Origin: a virus
IMG/VR virus record: IMGVR_UViG_3300017716_002931
Location: 31,213-95,212 of that record
Direction: 5' to 3' (one strand)
DNA: 64,000 nt
This document shows, piece by piece, positions 40,920-50,160 of the stretch. The notes beneath the pieces are model-generated. The model had not been told where the DNA came from and did not search any database. It saw nothing but the letters and a program-made list of their open reading frames with translations. Made by a program: the position numbers and the translations under genes. Every line of letters begins with the position of its first letter. Position 1 is the stretch's first letter.

Positions 40920-42311
40920 TCACTCTGCATCTTCAGCATTGATGTGGGCATTCCACTTGGAAGCCAGTGCTTTCTTAACAACGTTGTCGCTGTTACCCAT
41001 TTCATTCATGACGTTCATACCGTCCTTGGATTGTTCAGAGAAAATCTGAATATCACCACAACCTGCATTCATTCGACTTGGAAAAGTCAAACCATCAGGA
41101 CCAAACCGATTTTTGATAACATGAAATCTAGCGGTATTTGCTACTTTATCGGTAACTTTACGAGATAGACTAAGAACAAAATCCGCCGTCATGATCTTTC
41201 TATAAGAATCGGAAATGTTATTTGCCTGAATAATATCGTCATCCATGGCAGCTCGATTACTCTGTGATGCGGTCCAAATTGGAATTTGAAGTTCTCCTGC
41301 AACTCCACGTAACTCTTCATAAATACCTCCAGCCTCACTATAACTGTTACTGTTCTTCTCACTATGTGACGGTCGAAGAATATCAGCATAGTCAACAATA
41401 ACCATATCAACCTTTGTTCCCAACATTTGAACCCGTTCAATGTGAAGTTTAAGATTATGGGCGCTGACCGTTTTGATTGGGTAATACTTGATGATCAACT
41501 TGCCAGGAACCTCAGCGATCTTTTTACGAACCGCATCGACATTATTACGAACATTTTGGAAATCGATTCCCGTAAAACAAGCATCGTAACGAAGTCCAAC
41601 GTAGTTTTGGTTCAGCTCCAATGTGTAATGAACCACGTTCTTTCCTTGTTTCATCGTCTCAGCACCAAGCTTGGCCAAAACCCAACTCTTACCACTACCG
41701 GCACATGCAGTAATGATTCCCAATTCACCGGCAGCAAGACCACCATCCATGATTGTGTCAATTTCAGTCCAATTTGTTTTGACTGTGTTTCGAGCCATGA
41801 GACTCATACGTTCATCGACATCTGTCATGTAATCATGACCAATATTTCTCTCCATTCCAGCCTTCATTGCTGAATCAACAACGTGTTTGATTTGTTCGTA
41901 CTTACCGACCTTCAACAAATCAATACTTTCAATGATAGCATTTTTTAGCTTCTGATTCTTACAGAATTCAAGAAACTGCTCTTTTACAAACTGCAAATCA
42001 CTATCGGTTATCTTCTGATATACGTTCCTTAACTGATCCACTACGCTTTTCTTCAACAGCTCGTTTTCCAAAGAATCTACCTTGACTTTGAATACACTGA
42101 TTGTTGGTAGGTTTTTATACTCAAGAAAATATGATACCGTTTCCTTAACAATCCATTGATGTGCATCAGATTCAAATGATGTTGGATCGATGATATCTGA
42201 TAGTCTTTCTAGAAACGTTTTATCGCTCAAGATACCCGATATGCATTTAACTTGGAATTCAGATCCAAATTTCTTCAAATTGTTAATTACGTGATTTTCT
42301 GTATTATTCAT
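40920..42311 (-). CDS. replicative DnaB-like helicase (T4 gp41-like)
   Basis: ACAGSGKS, YTLEL, VDYAD, TASQSNR, KNRFG. Confidence 0.93.
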   Translation of the reverse strand: MNNTENHVINNLKKFGSEFQVKCISGILSDKTFLERLSDIIDPTSFESDAHQWIVKETVSYFLEYKNLPTISVFKVKVDSLENELLKKSVVDQLRNVYQKITDSDLQFVKEQFLEFCKNQKLKNAIIESIDLLKVGKYEQIKHVVDSAMKAGMERNIGHDYMTDVDERMSLMARNTVKTNWTEIDTIMDGGLAAGELGIITACAGSGKSWVLAKLGAETMKQGKNVVHYTLELNQNYVGLRYDACFTGIDFQNVRNNVDAVRKKIAEVPGKLIIKYYPIKTVSAHNLKLHIERVQMLGTKVDMVIVDYADILRPSHSEKNSNSYSEAGGIYEELRGVAGELQIPIWTASQSNRAAMDDDIIQANNISDSYRKIMTADFVLSLSRKVTDKVANTARFHVIKNRFGPDGLTFPSRMNAGCGDIQIFSEQSKDGMNVMNEMGNSDNVVKKALASKWNAHINAEDAE

Positions 42312-42370
42312 ATATTCTCTCCCTCAGTGTACACTACGCCTGTCGTAGTGTATATTTGTTTTAGTCTAAA

Positions 42371-43438
42371 TTATCTCACAAACGTCTCTAGCTTTCCAAA
42401 TGACTCGTTCAACCACACCTGATAATTGGGAATATTATTCCACATCTTGTCTTCGGTGATCAATTTGGAAAAACTAAACCGATCCAGCTTCTTTACTGGC
42501 ACATCCAGTATCTCATTTATACGAAGTTGTGAGAATGATTGAATCTCCGTATCTTTCAACTGCATAAGTGTATAATTGCGTTCAACGATATTTTTGTTCT
42601 CCAAAATATTTCGGTAAAGCTTATACTTGCTTTGGTTGTTTTCACAGTGAGTATAAATTTCATCCAACTCAATACGTCTGTCTTCGGCGAAAAATGGAAA
42701 ACACTTTATGATGGTTTTCAATCCAGCGCCGGTTATTCCGTCAATGTTATCCGATTCGTCTCCTTCTAAGACCCGATACCAAATGAAATTCTTGCACCCA
42801 ATTCCATACTCGTTCAATACTTCGGCACACCCATACAACTTTTTCTTGGTTGGACTCCAAATCTTGATTTGGCTGCTTGCCAATTGTAGGAAATCTTTAT
42901 CGGCACTCATAATGGTGACGTTGGAGTCCTTATAGTATTGTTGAGCAATATACGCAATAGAGTCGTCAGCCTCTATATGGTCAATTGCCATCGTTGATGT
43001 TGGCAAGCAATCAAGATAGTGGATAGACCTCATAAGCTGTGCCTTGAGGTTTTTCTGCTCCAAATCAGCCGTGGATATATCTGTGTATGCTCTATTAAGA
43101 CGGATTTTCGTTTTTCTTCTATCCTTGTATTGAGGATAAATCTTTCGACGTTTCATACTACCGCCGTTTCCATCAAATACAATAACACATCTGGTAGGAC
43201 TCAATAGTTTAATGGCGTATCCAATGCTTTTAAGAAACCCGGCGATGCCCCCCGTGTGAAGTCCATCTTCATTCATGGAAGGCATCACCGAATATGCGCG
43301 AATAAAAGTATTTAACCCATCGACTAAAAGAACTTCCGAATTTTGAGTTCGATTGCCAATTTTCCCTTTATCTTCATTTGACATGTTTTCAAAGAGAGAA
43401 AATAGTCTCTTTTTTTCATTTGGGTCAATACTGTTCAT
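42371..43438 (-). CDS. 5'-3' exonuclease / RNase H (PolI N-terminal-like)
   Basis: LVDGLN, VFDG, YKDRR, EADD, SADKDFLQL, GDESDNIDG. Confidence 0.92.
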   Translation of the reverse strand: MNSIDPNEKKRLFSLFENMSNEDKGKIGNRTQNSEVLLVDGLNTFIRAYSVMPSMNEDGLHTGGIAGFLKSIGYAIKLLSPTRCVIVFDGNGGSMKRRKIYPQYKDRRKTKIRLNRAYTDISTADLEQKNLKAQLMRSIHYLDCLPTSTMAIDHIEADDSIAYIAQQYYKDSNVTIMSADKDFLQLASSQIKIWSPTKKKLYGCAEVLNEYGIGCKNFIWYRVLEGDESDNIDGITGAGLKTIIKCFPFFAEDRRIELDEIYTHCENNQSKYKLYRNILENKNIVERNYTLMQLKDTEIQSFSQLRINEILDVPVKKLDRFSFSKLITEDKMWNNIPNYQVWLNESFGKLETFVR

Positions 43439-43441
43439 AAC

Positions 43442-44653
43442 TTATTCCTCAGTTCCACTGTCACTACCGACATCTGTTCCTTCAACTGAATCATCGACTT
43501 CGACATCCTCACGAATTTCGCTGTCTTGCGATTTATACTTCATGGTAGTTACATCGACAATCTTCTGATATAGTTCCTCTCGGAGTTCTGCATCAGCCTT
43601 CATGTCCTTGGCGAATGTCTTGGTATCTAATTGTACCTTTTCCCCGTTGTTTTTAACATAGTTGTAAGGTGACTTGGCTCCTGTAATAATCGAATACTTC
43701 TTCAAGATTTCGAGCCAGTTTCCATAATTATCAACACCACTATCATAGTAAATGTTGAAGTCAGCATATCTCATTGGCAGACCCATACGGTTCTTTACTA
43801 CCACAGCACGTGTCTTGACCCCAATATGAACAGGTTCACCGTTTTGTGTAACTTTCAACGCTCCCATTCCCTTCAATCGAAGACGAACAGAAGAATGAAA
43901 CTGTAGAGCCTTACCACCACTAGTGATATACTTGTCTCCAAACATAGCTGCTTGAAGATTTACACGCAATTGATTGGTGAATACCAAAGCAATACGTTGA
44001 CGGCCAATCATGTCGTTGATCTTTCTAAGAGCCTTTGAAATGATAATGGCTTTTCCAGTTGCGTAACCATCCTTACCATGATCACTTTCCAACTCAGCTT
44101 TAGTTGAGGCAGCAGCAACGCTGTCAACTACGATTGTAACCAAACGGTCTCTGTTGGATTTACGAACGTGTGAAATCAATAGTTCGATCTTCTCAAAGAT
44201 GTCTTCTACCGTTTGACAGGTAACGTACATCATTTTTGGAACATCAACTCCAATTGCTGTCAAAAACTCATGAGACACAGATTGTTCTGTGTCAATAAAC
44301 ACAGCGACTCCGCCCTTCTTCTGAGTATCAGCAAGCAAATGTGCTGAAAGCAAACTCTTTCCTGATGCTTCCAAACCAGTAATTTCTGTAATACGACCCA
44401 CCGGAATTCCTGCGTGTGGTCGATTTGATATTGCAAGGTCCAATAAATCTGACCCCGTACTGATCCAATCACTAATGACTGATGGATCTTCTTTTTGATC
44501 CAAGAAAAACGCACTCTTTCCTCCATCCTTGTTGGACTTATTCAGTACATCAGCAAGCGAGTCAATTAGTTCGTCTCTCTTCGTATCAACGTCATGGGAC
44601 ACATGAGTTGATGTTGATTTCTTCTTCTTTTTTGTTTCGTTTTCTTCTGCCAT
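43442..44653 (-). CDS. recA: RecA/UvsX recombinase
   Basis: ISTGS..LDLA, GLEASGKS, VVDSVAA, NQLR, GGKALQFHSSVRL, KNR. Confidence 0.93.
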   Translation of the reverse strand: MAEENETKKKKKSTSTHVSHDVDTKRDELIDSLADVLNKSNKDGGKSAFFLDQKEDPSVISDWISTGSDLLDLAISNRPHAGIPVGRITEITGLEASGKSLLSAHLLADTQKKGGVAVFIDTEQSVSHEFLTAIGVDVPKMMYVTCQTVEDIFEKIELLISHVRKSNRDRLVTIVVDSVAAASTKAELESDHGKDGYATGKAIIISKALRKINDMIGRQRIALVFTNQLRVNLQAAMFGDKYITSGGKALQFHSSVRLRLKGMGALKVTQNGEPVHIGVKTRAVVVKNRMGLPMRYADFNIYYDSGVDNYGNWLEILKKYSIITGAKSPYNYVKNNGEKVQLDTKTFAKDMKADAELREELYQKIVDVTTMKYKSQDSEIREDVEVDDSVEGTDVGSDSGTEE

Positions 44654-44667
44654 AACATTTATAAATG

Positions 44668-44707
44668 AAAAAAGAGATGATACACCTGTATGCGTACCAT
44701 CTCTCTT
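44668..44707 (-). terminator. putative terminator after gp32
   Basis: agagatg..catctct stem followed by a T-run on the minus strand. Confidence 0.45.
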
Positions 44708-44718
44708 ATATTGATTGG

Positions 44719-45585
44719 TTAACTATTGAACAGGTTATCAAACGCCTTGGTCAAGTCATCAGCATTTGCCTTGGAGGCAGTAGCAGATGGAGACTTAGCG
44801 GCTTTTGATGGAGGTGCTTCTGTAGCAATTGCGGCTTCGACTACTGGCTGAGTTGACTCTTCATCAACAACAGAAGTCTTAACAACTTCATCAGCAGGTG
44901 CGGTTGGATTCAACCACTCATTCATTGCTCCCTTTAGCTCCTCATATTCCGGCTCTGGAAAGAGATCAAGAATATTGGTCTGATTCTTGATCGCAGCAAT
45001 CAAGTCAGCCTTAGTTGGATCAACAGCAGGAGTGCTCTTAGGCTTCACTCGAATTGTGGTCTCAGGGAAGTTCTTTCCAGTCTTATCAGCGGTTGTGAAT
45101 GTGACTGTAATGTCCTTACCGTTGGTCAAATCGGTGATATCGCCGTAGTCAGGATCGGCCATAACCGAAAGAATGTCTTGATAAACCTGCTTTCCGAATC
45201 CCCAAAAACGAACGCCTTCTCCTTCTTCACCTCGAACGATGACAGGTACAAAGGTTCGCATCTTTGGTTCCATATCACGGCCACGGCGCCAATCTTCCTT
45301 TGAACCGTTCTTCTTGAGTCTATTGCTAAATTCAACAATAGGATCGGGACGATGGAATGTGTCAGGAGAAAGATAAGTCTTGCTTACTGGCTGTCCGTTG
45401 CTGTCTTTTCCGCCGATGCCGTAATGGAACTTGAGTTCGATAAACGGATTATCAGGCTGGTACTTGTAGGGAACAATTCTTACAACTTGATCGCCTGGCT
45501 TTGGCTTCCAAATGATTTGAGTTTTGTTGCTCGTGTTTGAAAGAGAGTTCAAACGGCTCTTTAGCTTTGATAGATCAATGCCCAT
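44719..45585 (-). CDS. single-stranded DNA-binding protein (T4 gp32-like)
   Basis: WKPKPG..VRIVP, FHY, VRFWGFGK, DITD..G.D, acidic tail DDLTKAFDNLFN. Confidence 0.85.
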   Translation of the reverse strand: MGIDLSKLKSRLNSLSNTSNKTQIIWKPKPGDQVVRIVPYKYQPDNPFIELKFHYGIGGKDSNGQPVSKTYLSPDTFHRPDPIVEFSNRLKKNGSKEDWRRGRDMEPKMRTFVPVIVRGEEGEGVRFWGFGKQVYQDILSVMADPDYGDITDLTNGKDITVTFTTADKTGKNFPETTIRVKPKSTPAVDPTKADLIAAIKNQTNILDLFPEPEYEELKGAMNEWLNPTAPADEVVKTSVVDEESTQPVVEAAIATEAPPSKAAKSPSATASKANADDLTKAFDNLFNS

Positions 45586-45670
45586 AATTTAGTATTCGTT
45601 AAGTGTTAATTAGTAATTAGCTATTATATCCTTTTTTACTCAAAAAGGCGTGTAACTTATTACTCACATA

Positions 45671-45699
45671 ACTATACGTTATGAGTGACAAACCGTCAA
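45671..45699 (-). promoter_or_regulatory. sigma70-like promoter of the SSB gene
   Basis: TTGACG-17 nt-TATAGT. Confidence 0.65.
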
Positions 45700-46088
45700 T
45701 TTATTATCGTGAAAATCTCAAGCGAAATGATTTTTACGGACACTTCATTTGTGATAATAAGTGAGTTCTTGTAGAAGTCCCAATTAAGCTGAAACGACTT
45801 ATCAAAAACGCCATTATTTTCCTCTGCAATCAGCTTATTCATAGCATTCAAAGTATACAATGTATTGGTCAACTTTTTTCGATGTATCGAAATCGTATTT
45901 GGCAATTTTCTGACTCCTTCACCGGTGATTGTGATGTTATATGTCAAAAACAATTCACTCTTGTTTTTTTCGTTGGAAAAAACAAATATTCTGTTGTTGG
46001 ACAGAGTGTATATTTTCTTAACGGTATCCGATACTATTTGGTAGTCGGATGAGGTTGAGAAAGTGCAAAGAAGTTGAGTGTCTTTCAT
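45696..46088 (-). CDS. hypothetical protein
   Basis: TQLLCTF, ISIHRKK.TNTLYTLNA.N; function unknown. Confidence 0.75.
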   Translation of the reverse strand: MKDTQLLCTFSTSSDYQIVSDTVKKIYTLSNNRIFVFSNEKNKSELFLTYNITITGEGVRKLPNTISIHRKKLTNTLYTLNAMNKLIAEENNGVFDKSFQLNWDFYKNSLIITNEVSVKIISLEIFTIIN

Positions 46089-46732
46089 TGACGTGATATT
46101 ATTTTTTTGTTACCCGACTTTACACAGTGCCACTCATAACCCTTACATTTTGATTCGGAGTCGTACCACTCTCCGTTCTCAGATCTAATCCATCCATACG
46201 TTGCTGCTTCTTCCAACGTAAACTCTGCGGTTAGAATTTTATCAACATCCTCTGCATCAGTCTTTTTTTGTTCTGGTGAACGAGTTTGAAGATCATCGAT
46301 CTTTGGTTGAGGAGGAGCGGACTGAGCCGCAGGAGCCGTAACAGGTTCAATTTGCGCAGGTGTTTGTGTTGCTGGTTCTTGAACGGGATTTTGAGGACTT
46401 GGTTCATTGTAATCAATGTTTGATTGTCCCTTTGTAGGATCCTCTTCAAAATGCGTTCCACGACTCAACGAACGTTGTTTATATTCCGGGTTTGGAAATG
46501 TAACTAAAATACCATGGGCATTATATGCTTGTCTTTCTGGGTATTTACCTTCAGTAACCTTATTTGCTAACTCAATAACTTCGCTTTTTGGAATTCCCAT
46601 TTCTACAAGTTTTTCTCGTAGAACGTCCATGTGGTCATTGTTAAATATATCAAATGTACCATCCTCAACTCGGTTGTCTAAACAGATTTCAGAAAGCAAA
46701 AAATCTGAAACGTTTTTGTTAATATTTTTCAT
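46085..46732 (-). CDS. hypothetical protein with Pro/Gln linker
   Basis: ORF coupled to both neighbours. Confidence 0.7.
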   Translation of the reverse strand: MKNINKNVSDFLLSEICLDNRVEDGTFDIFNNDHMDVLREKLVEMGIPKSEVIELANKVTEGKYPERQAYNAHGILVTFPNPEYKQRSLSRGTHFEEDPTKGQSNIDYNEPSPQNPVQEPATQTPAQIEPVTAPAAQSAPPQPKIDDLQTRSPEQKKTDAEDVDKILTAEFTLEEAATYGWIRSENGEWYDSESKCKGYEWHCVKSGNKKIISRQ

Positions 46733-46733
46733 T

Positions 46734-48347
46734 TTAACGTGTAAGGTCTATTGCGTTTGAAGCAATCTTTGCTGCTGGGAGAATTGCTATTCTGGCACGC
46801 ATGAACATATATCCATCACCGTTATAATCAGTCGTTAAATGTTCAATTGTTCCAGATCTAAAATACATCACTGGCTTGTATTTGGTAAACGGATCCAGAG
46901 CATCCTTTGGCAAAGGAAGATTTGGGTTAAATAATACGTGTCCACCCTCTCCTGTTTTCATCAACAACTGAATATTATTTTTTGTAGGAATTATTGACAT
47001 AAGCAAATCAGTTCTTGATTGCATCAAAATACTACAATTTTTTCGGCCAAGTGGTGTACTCTTATCTAATGTAAAATCTGTACCATAAATAGATTTTCCT
47101 GCGATTTCTTTAGTCTTGGGTGATCCATTCAAGAAATCCAAATAACCTTCAAACTTATTCATCATGTAAAGATACTTTCGTCTAGTGGTAGTATCAGTAA
47201 CAAATCGATAAAACGATTTTTTAAATACACCAATCAAAAGATTATACATTTCACTTTTATCTTTTAATGCTTCAATAACAGAAACGCCGTTGAAATTAAC
47301 AAGATTACCTTTTTCATCAAATGTTGTAGTCTTAGGATTAATCTCGATTCGCGTTGGATAATTTTTAATGATACCCGAAATCATCTTTCCTTTGATGTCC
47401 AACCAAACCTCGTCATTTTTATAAATTAGGTCCAATCCAGCAAATCCACCGTATTGTGGAAAATCAACATTAGACAATTTGCTTGAAGTCATTTCCTTTT
47501 TAAAATTACCACCCTTAAATGAAATCCAAAAAACTTCACGTCCACGTTCCAACATGGCAATATCCGCTTTTTCTGATGTACCTAGTTGTAAATGTATAGC
47601 CGAATCAACATTTACATTGGTATTAACGTGTTCCCCCCCATCCCATACATTTAAATTGAATATATTCTTTTCTGGATTGTTCTCTTTAAACCATTCGTTA
47701 ATCTGGTCAGCTTTGATCTTTTCTTGTTCAATGCCACTTGCTTTGACAGTCTTTGATTTCAACAATTGCCCCAATGCCTTATATAACTGTAAATACAACA
47801 AAACATATCGCCAACTTTGAGTTCCGATCACTAAATCGTCCGGTACATTAATACGTGAAACCAACGTAGATCCAAATTTGAGTCTTAACTTTGTATTCGA
47901 ATTTGTAAAAGTTAATTCTTTATCTTCCGGAATTCCATATTCTTTACGTTTTTCTGGATTCGATATTAGTTCAACCATTTCGTCGTATGTTAAACCTTTA
48001 GGTACAGCAACATCACCCGGAAAACGTTCCGCTGGTTTGTTATCTTTTAAACTTAAATCGACTTGTTTTAAATCTTCATCGTTGAAGTTATTACGACGAC
48101 GTATCGGTCCAATCATCTTGTTAAACAATTTAATGTCATCGTCTGTCAAATGCTTTGACAATTCGATCTTTACGTCGGCTTCTATAATAGTCTGAACTGT
48201 CGTGGGCGAAAAGTACTCACTATATCCACAGTTTTCAATAGCAGTTAATAACTTGTCAGGATCAACTTTGGAGATTTCAATATCCTCTAATAACAGATAA
48301 TATTCAAGGAGGATCTCATTTATGATTGTAGTTTTGGTTTTGTTCAT
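46734..48347 (-). CDS. hypothetical protein, possible PD-(D/E)XK-like nuclease domain
   Basis: KADIAM..WISFK..FPQYGG; N-terminal INEILLE; late motif upstream. Confidence 0.5.
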   Translation of the reverse strand: MNKTKTTIINEILLEYYLLLEDIEISKVDPDKLLTAIENCGYSEYFSPTTVQTIIEADVKIELSKHLTDDDIKLFNKMIGPIRRRNNFNDEDLKQVDLSLKDNKPAERFPGDVAVPKGLTYDEMVELISNPEKRKEYGIPEDKELTFTNSNTKLRLKFGSTLVSRINVPDDLVIGTQSWRYVLLYLQLYKALGQLLKSKTVKASGIEQEKIKADQINEWFKENNPEKNIFNLNVWDGGEHVNTNVNVDSAIHLQLGTSEKADIAMLERGREVFWISFKGGNFKKEMTSSKLSNVDFPQYGGFAGLDLIYKNDEVWLDIKGKMISGIIKNYPTRIEINPKTTTFDEKGNLVNFNGVSVIEALKDKSEMYNLLIGVFKKSFYRFVTDTTTRRKYLYMMNKFEGYLDFLNGSPKTKEIAGKSIYGTDFTLDKSTPLGRKNCSILMQSRTDLLMSIIPTKNNIQLLMKTGEGGHVLFNPNLPLPKDALDPFTKYKPVMYFRSGTIEHLTTDYNGDGYMFMRARIAILPAAKIASNAIDLTR

Positions 48348-48398
48348 ATCGACGCAATAACTAATAAATATTGTGTCTGATCTGAAAACCTAACTTTT

Positions 48399-49742
48399 TC
48401 AAAGGTTGATCATTTGCATGTCATCATAATTCTTACCCACATAGCATTTAGTTGGAAATCCAGTGGATTCCATCAACTTCTTAATATCCAAAATAGTGTT
48501 CTTTCCATCTTCCTTGTGTACGTCAAACAACATAGAGTCATAAGTATACAACACACACTTTGTATATTTTTTCTCCAGATACCTGTTTAGTTCAACCAAA
48601 ATCTCCATCGAATATTCGGTTTCTGATGCTTGAAGAATGTAATTAAACAACTTGCTTGGAGTTGCATCCTTCAAATGACGTGGAGAAATTTGACGTTTAA
48701 AGATAGGCGTCTCCACATATCCGTGTTCATTAAAATGATTCCACCTATGATTCATGTACTCTATGATCTTCGTAAAATACGGAATATCCTTGTATTCGGA
48801 TGAAATCGATCCGTATAACTGCTGGAATGTCAACGTCTTGGACCGTTTTACTTGATCTTCGGAAAGATCTTCGGTTTTGAAGTAATATTGTCCCAAATAC
48901 TTGTACACGTTTGTTTCAGCAGGAAACTCATAGTTGATCAACCTAGCAATGATGTGAGGATGATATGCGCTATAATCAAACATGACCAACATTCCGTCAT
49001 CGCCGTATCTAGATATAAAACTACTTCTACATTTGTTTTCTTTGTTGAGAGCAGAATAGTTGATTCCTCCAAACCGATTGCTGGGTCTGCCAGTAGAAGT
49101 AAGAATGTTGTATTCGGTATATACAGTTTTGTTTGAAACTAGATGTCCTTTATCAGGAAAGTGATCTGTGAACACATCTATATCAACACATATTCCGCTC
49201 TTTTCAATCGTCTGAAGAGTTTCTATCACATCCTCGTTGATTCTCTTATATGAATCTTCATTGAATTTGTTGACATAAGATTCAACATCTTTGCATACAT
49301 CCAAGAACTTAGAAATATGATTGGTGTGTGGAATTATCTTATTGAGTTCAACGTGTGTTTTGTACTTGTTTTTGAAAAATCTATGAGCAGCAGTCTCGTA
49401 ATCATACTCATCAATTATTTCACCTGTCATCAAAAACATCTTCAAGGACAGATCGAGAAGTCCATCAATGTTAATAAGATGAAGAATCTTCTTTTTGGAG
49501 AAACAGTATACGTCGCAAGACAATTCAGAAAAAAATGATTCTACTTGATTACGACTGACATTGTTTGAAAAATCATAACAATCCAACGGAACTGTATAGA
49601 CCTCGTTCTGTCCGACAATCTTGATTAGAACCATTAACGCTGAAACTGCGGCCGGATGGTGTTCTTCTGACGCAGGAATAACATCGATGATAATATCTTC
49701 ATCACCTATCTTGTCTAATAGTTCGTGTAAAACCCCAATCAT
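48399..49742 (-). CDS. DNA polymerase family A (polymerase domain, degenerate exonuclease)
   Basis: TSTGRPS, motif A FDYSAYHP, motif B KTLTFQQLYG, NYILQ, motif C YTYDSMLFD. Confidence 0.85.
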   Translation of the reverse strand: MIGVLHELLDKIGDEDIIIDVIPASEEHHPAAVSALMVLIKIVGQNEVYTVPLDCYDFSNNVSRNQVESFFSELSCDVYCFSKKKILHLINIDGLLDLSLKMFLMTGEIIDEYDYETAAHRFFKNKYKTHVELNKIIPHTNHISKFLDVCKDVESYVNKFNEDSYKRINEDVIETLQTIEKSGICVDIDVFTDHFPDKGHLVSNKTVYTEYNILTSTGRPSNRFGGINYSALNKENKCRSSFISRYGDDGMLVMFDYSAYHPHIIARLINYEFPAETNVYKYLGQYYFKTEDLSEDQVKRSKTLTFQQLYGSISSEYKDIPYFTKIIEYMNHRWNHFNEHGYVETPIFKRQISPRHLKDATPSKLFNYILQASETEYSMEILVELNRYLEKKYTKCVLYTYDSMLFDVHKEDGKNTILDIKKLMESTGFPTKCYVGKNYDDMQMINL

Positions 49743-49782
49743 TTACTACAGAATGACGCACTTAAGTCAAACTGTCAACAAA

Positions 49783-50160
49783 TTATACGTATTTGTAACC
49801 TGCCAACAAATTATTCAAAAGAGAAGAAATTCCTGGCATTTTCTTTTCGGCATCTTGAATCTGTTTTTTGTTATATTCAGAAACCCCTTCAGTTTTTAAA
49901 ATGCCATTTTGATATACTGAAGTTGTTGGCCCTGATACCTTCCATTTTACTGAAGTCAAAACGTATATTGAAGAAGAAATAGTTCTATAATTATCAGCGT
50001 CAACTTCTGATATATCCTGTAGATTGATCTTCTTGGCAAAGAACCTACGCACGAAAGGCATTTTGTAATCTTCATCTTGCGGTGAAAAAACGTAAGAACG
50101 TGGATACTCAGTGGGAGTGACCTGTCCCATCATATTGGTATATTTCTCTAGACTCGTCAT
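49783..50160 (-). CDS. hypothetical tail/baseplate-region protein
   Basis: Last gene of the baseplate operon; RRFFAKK, WKVSGP. Confidence 0.65.
   Translation of the reverse strand: MTSLEKYTNMMGQVTPTEYPRSYVFSPQDEDYKMPFVRRFFAKKINLQDISEVDADNYRTISSSIYVLTSVKWKVSGPTTSVYQNGILKTEGVSEYNKKQIQDAEKKMPGISSLLNNLLAGYKYV

Noticed and set aside
1-44653. Inteins or introns in PolB, NrdA, NrdB, helicase or RecA
   Set aside because: The ORFs are continuous and of normal length, with no C..HN splice motifs or homing endonuclease inserts seen
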